Below, piece after piece: positions 63,918 through 64,000 of a DNA stretch of 64,000 bases. Numbering within the stretch: position 1 is the first letter of the stretch; each line of letters opens with the position of its first letter. The notes beneath the pieces are model-generated. The model searched no databases and was not told where the DNA came from. It saw nothing but the letters and a program-made list of their open reading frames with translations. The position numbers and the translations under genes were made by a program. Location: NCBI RefSeq assembly GCF_009914755.1, contig NC_060928.1, one strand, 5' to 3'. The DNA comes from the human T2T-CHM13v2.0 reference genome, Homo sapiens.

Positions 63918-64000
63918 TAACGGAACCTTAATTTTTTAGTTTACATTTACACGTTGTTTAAAACGTTCAGTGAGCATTACAGAAATAGACACGTGTGTCC

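Overview
Human/great-ape genomic DNA, recognisable as the GC-rich distal 4p16.3 interval with two divergently oriented genes. SLC49A3/MFSD7 (MFS transporter, minus strand) has coding exons 1-9 at 6761->415, with the last exon off the left edge. PCGF3 (Polycomb RING-finger protein, plus strand) has a CpG-island first exon at ~23400-23596, 5'UTR exons at 48558-48596 and 48898-49038, and five coding exons from ATG 51610 to 62565, continuing off the right edge. Every coding exon was placed by hand on GT-AG boundaries with continuous reading phase. The rest is about 30 Alus (one AluYb8), LTR, L1 and DNA-transposon relics, a degenerate telomere-repeat tract inside the PCGF3 CpG island, and about 15 different minisatellites (~9 kb in total) in PCGF3 introns. 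Nearly all long ORFs in the supplied track are repeat or GC artefacts. Most notable observations: (1) tandem repeats built from exon-intron junctions, giving ladders of identical 5' splice sites after three exons; (2) an inverted pair of related minisatellite arrays 1.7 kb apart; (3) a telomere-like tract oriented so that upstream antisense transcription of PCGF3 would give TERRA-like RNA; (4) a MER4-type LTR whose halves lie in swapped order; (5) a TSD-flanked coding-like insert of unknown origin; (6) a uORF-rich PCGF3 leader; (7) an RBFOX-motif minisatellite. Repeat subfamily names are recalled from consensus sequences and need RepeatMasker confirmation.
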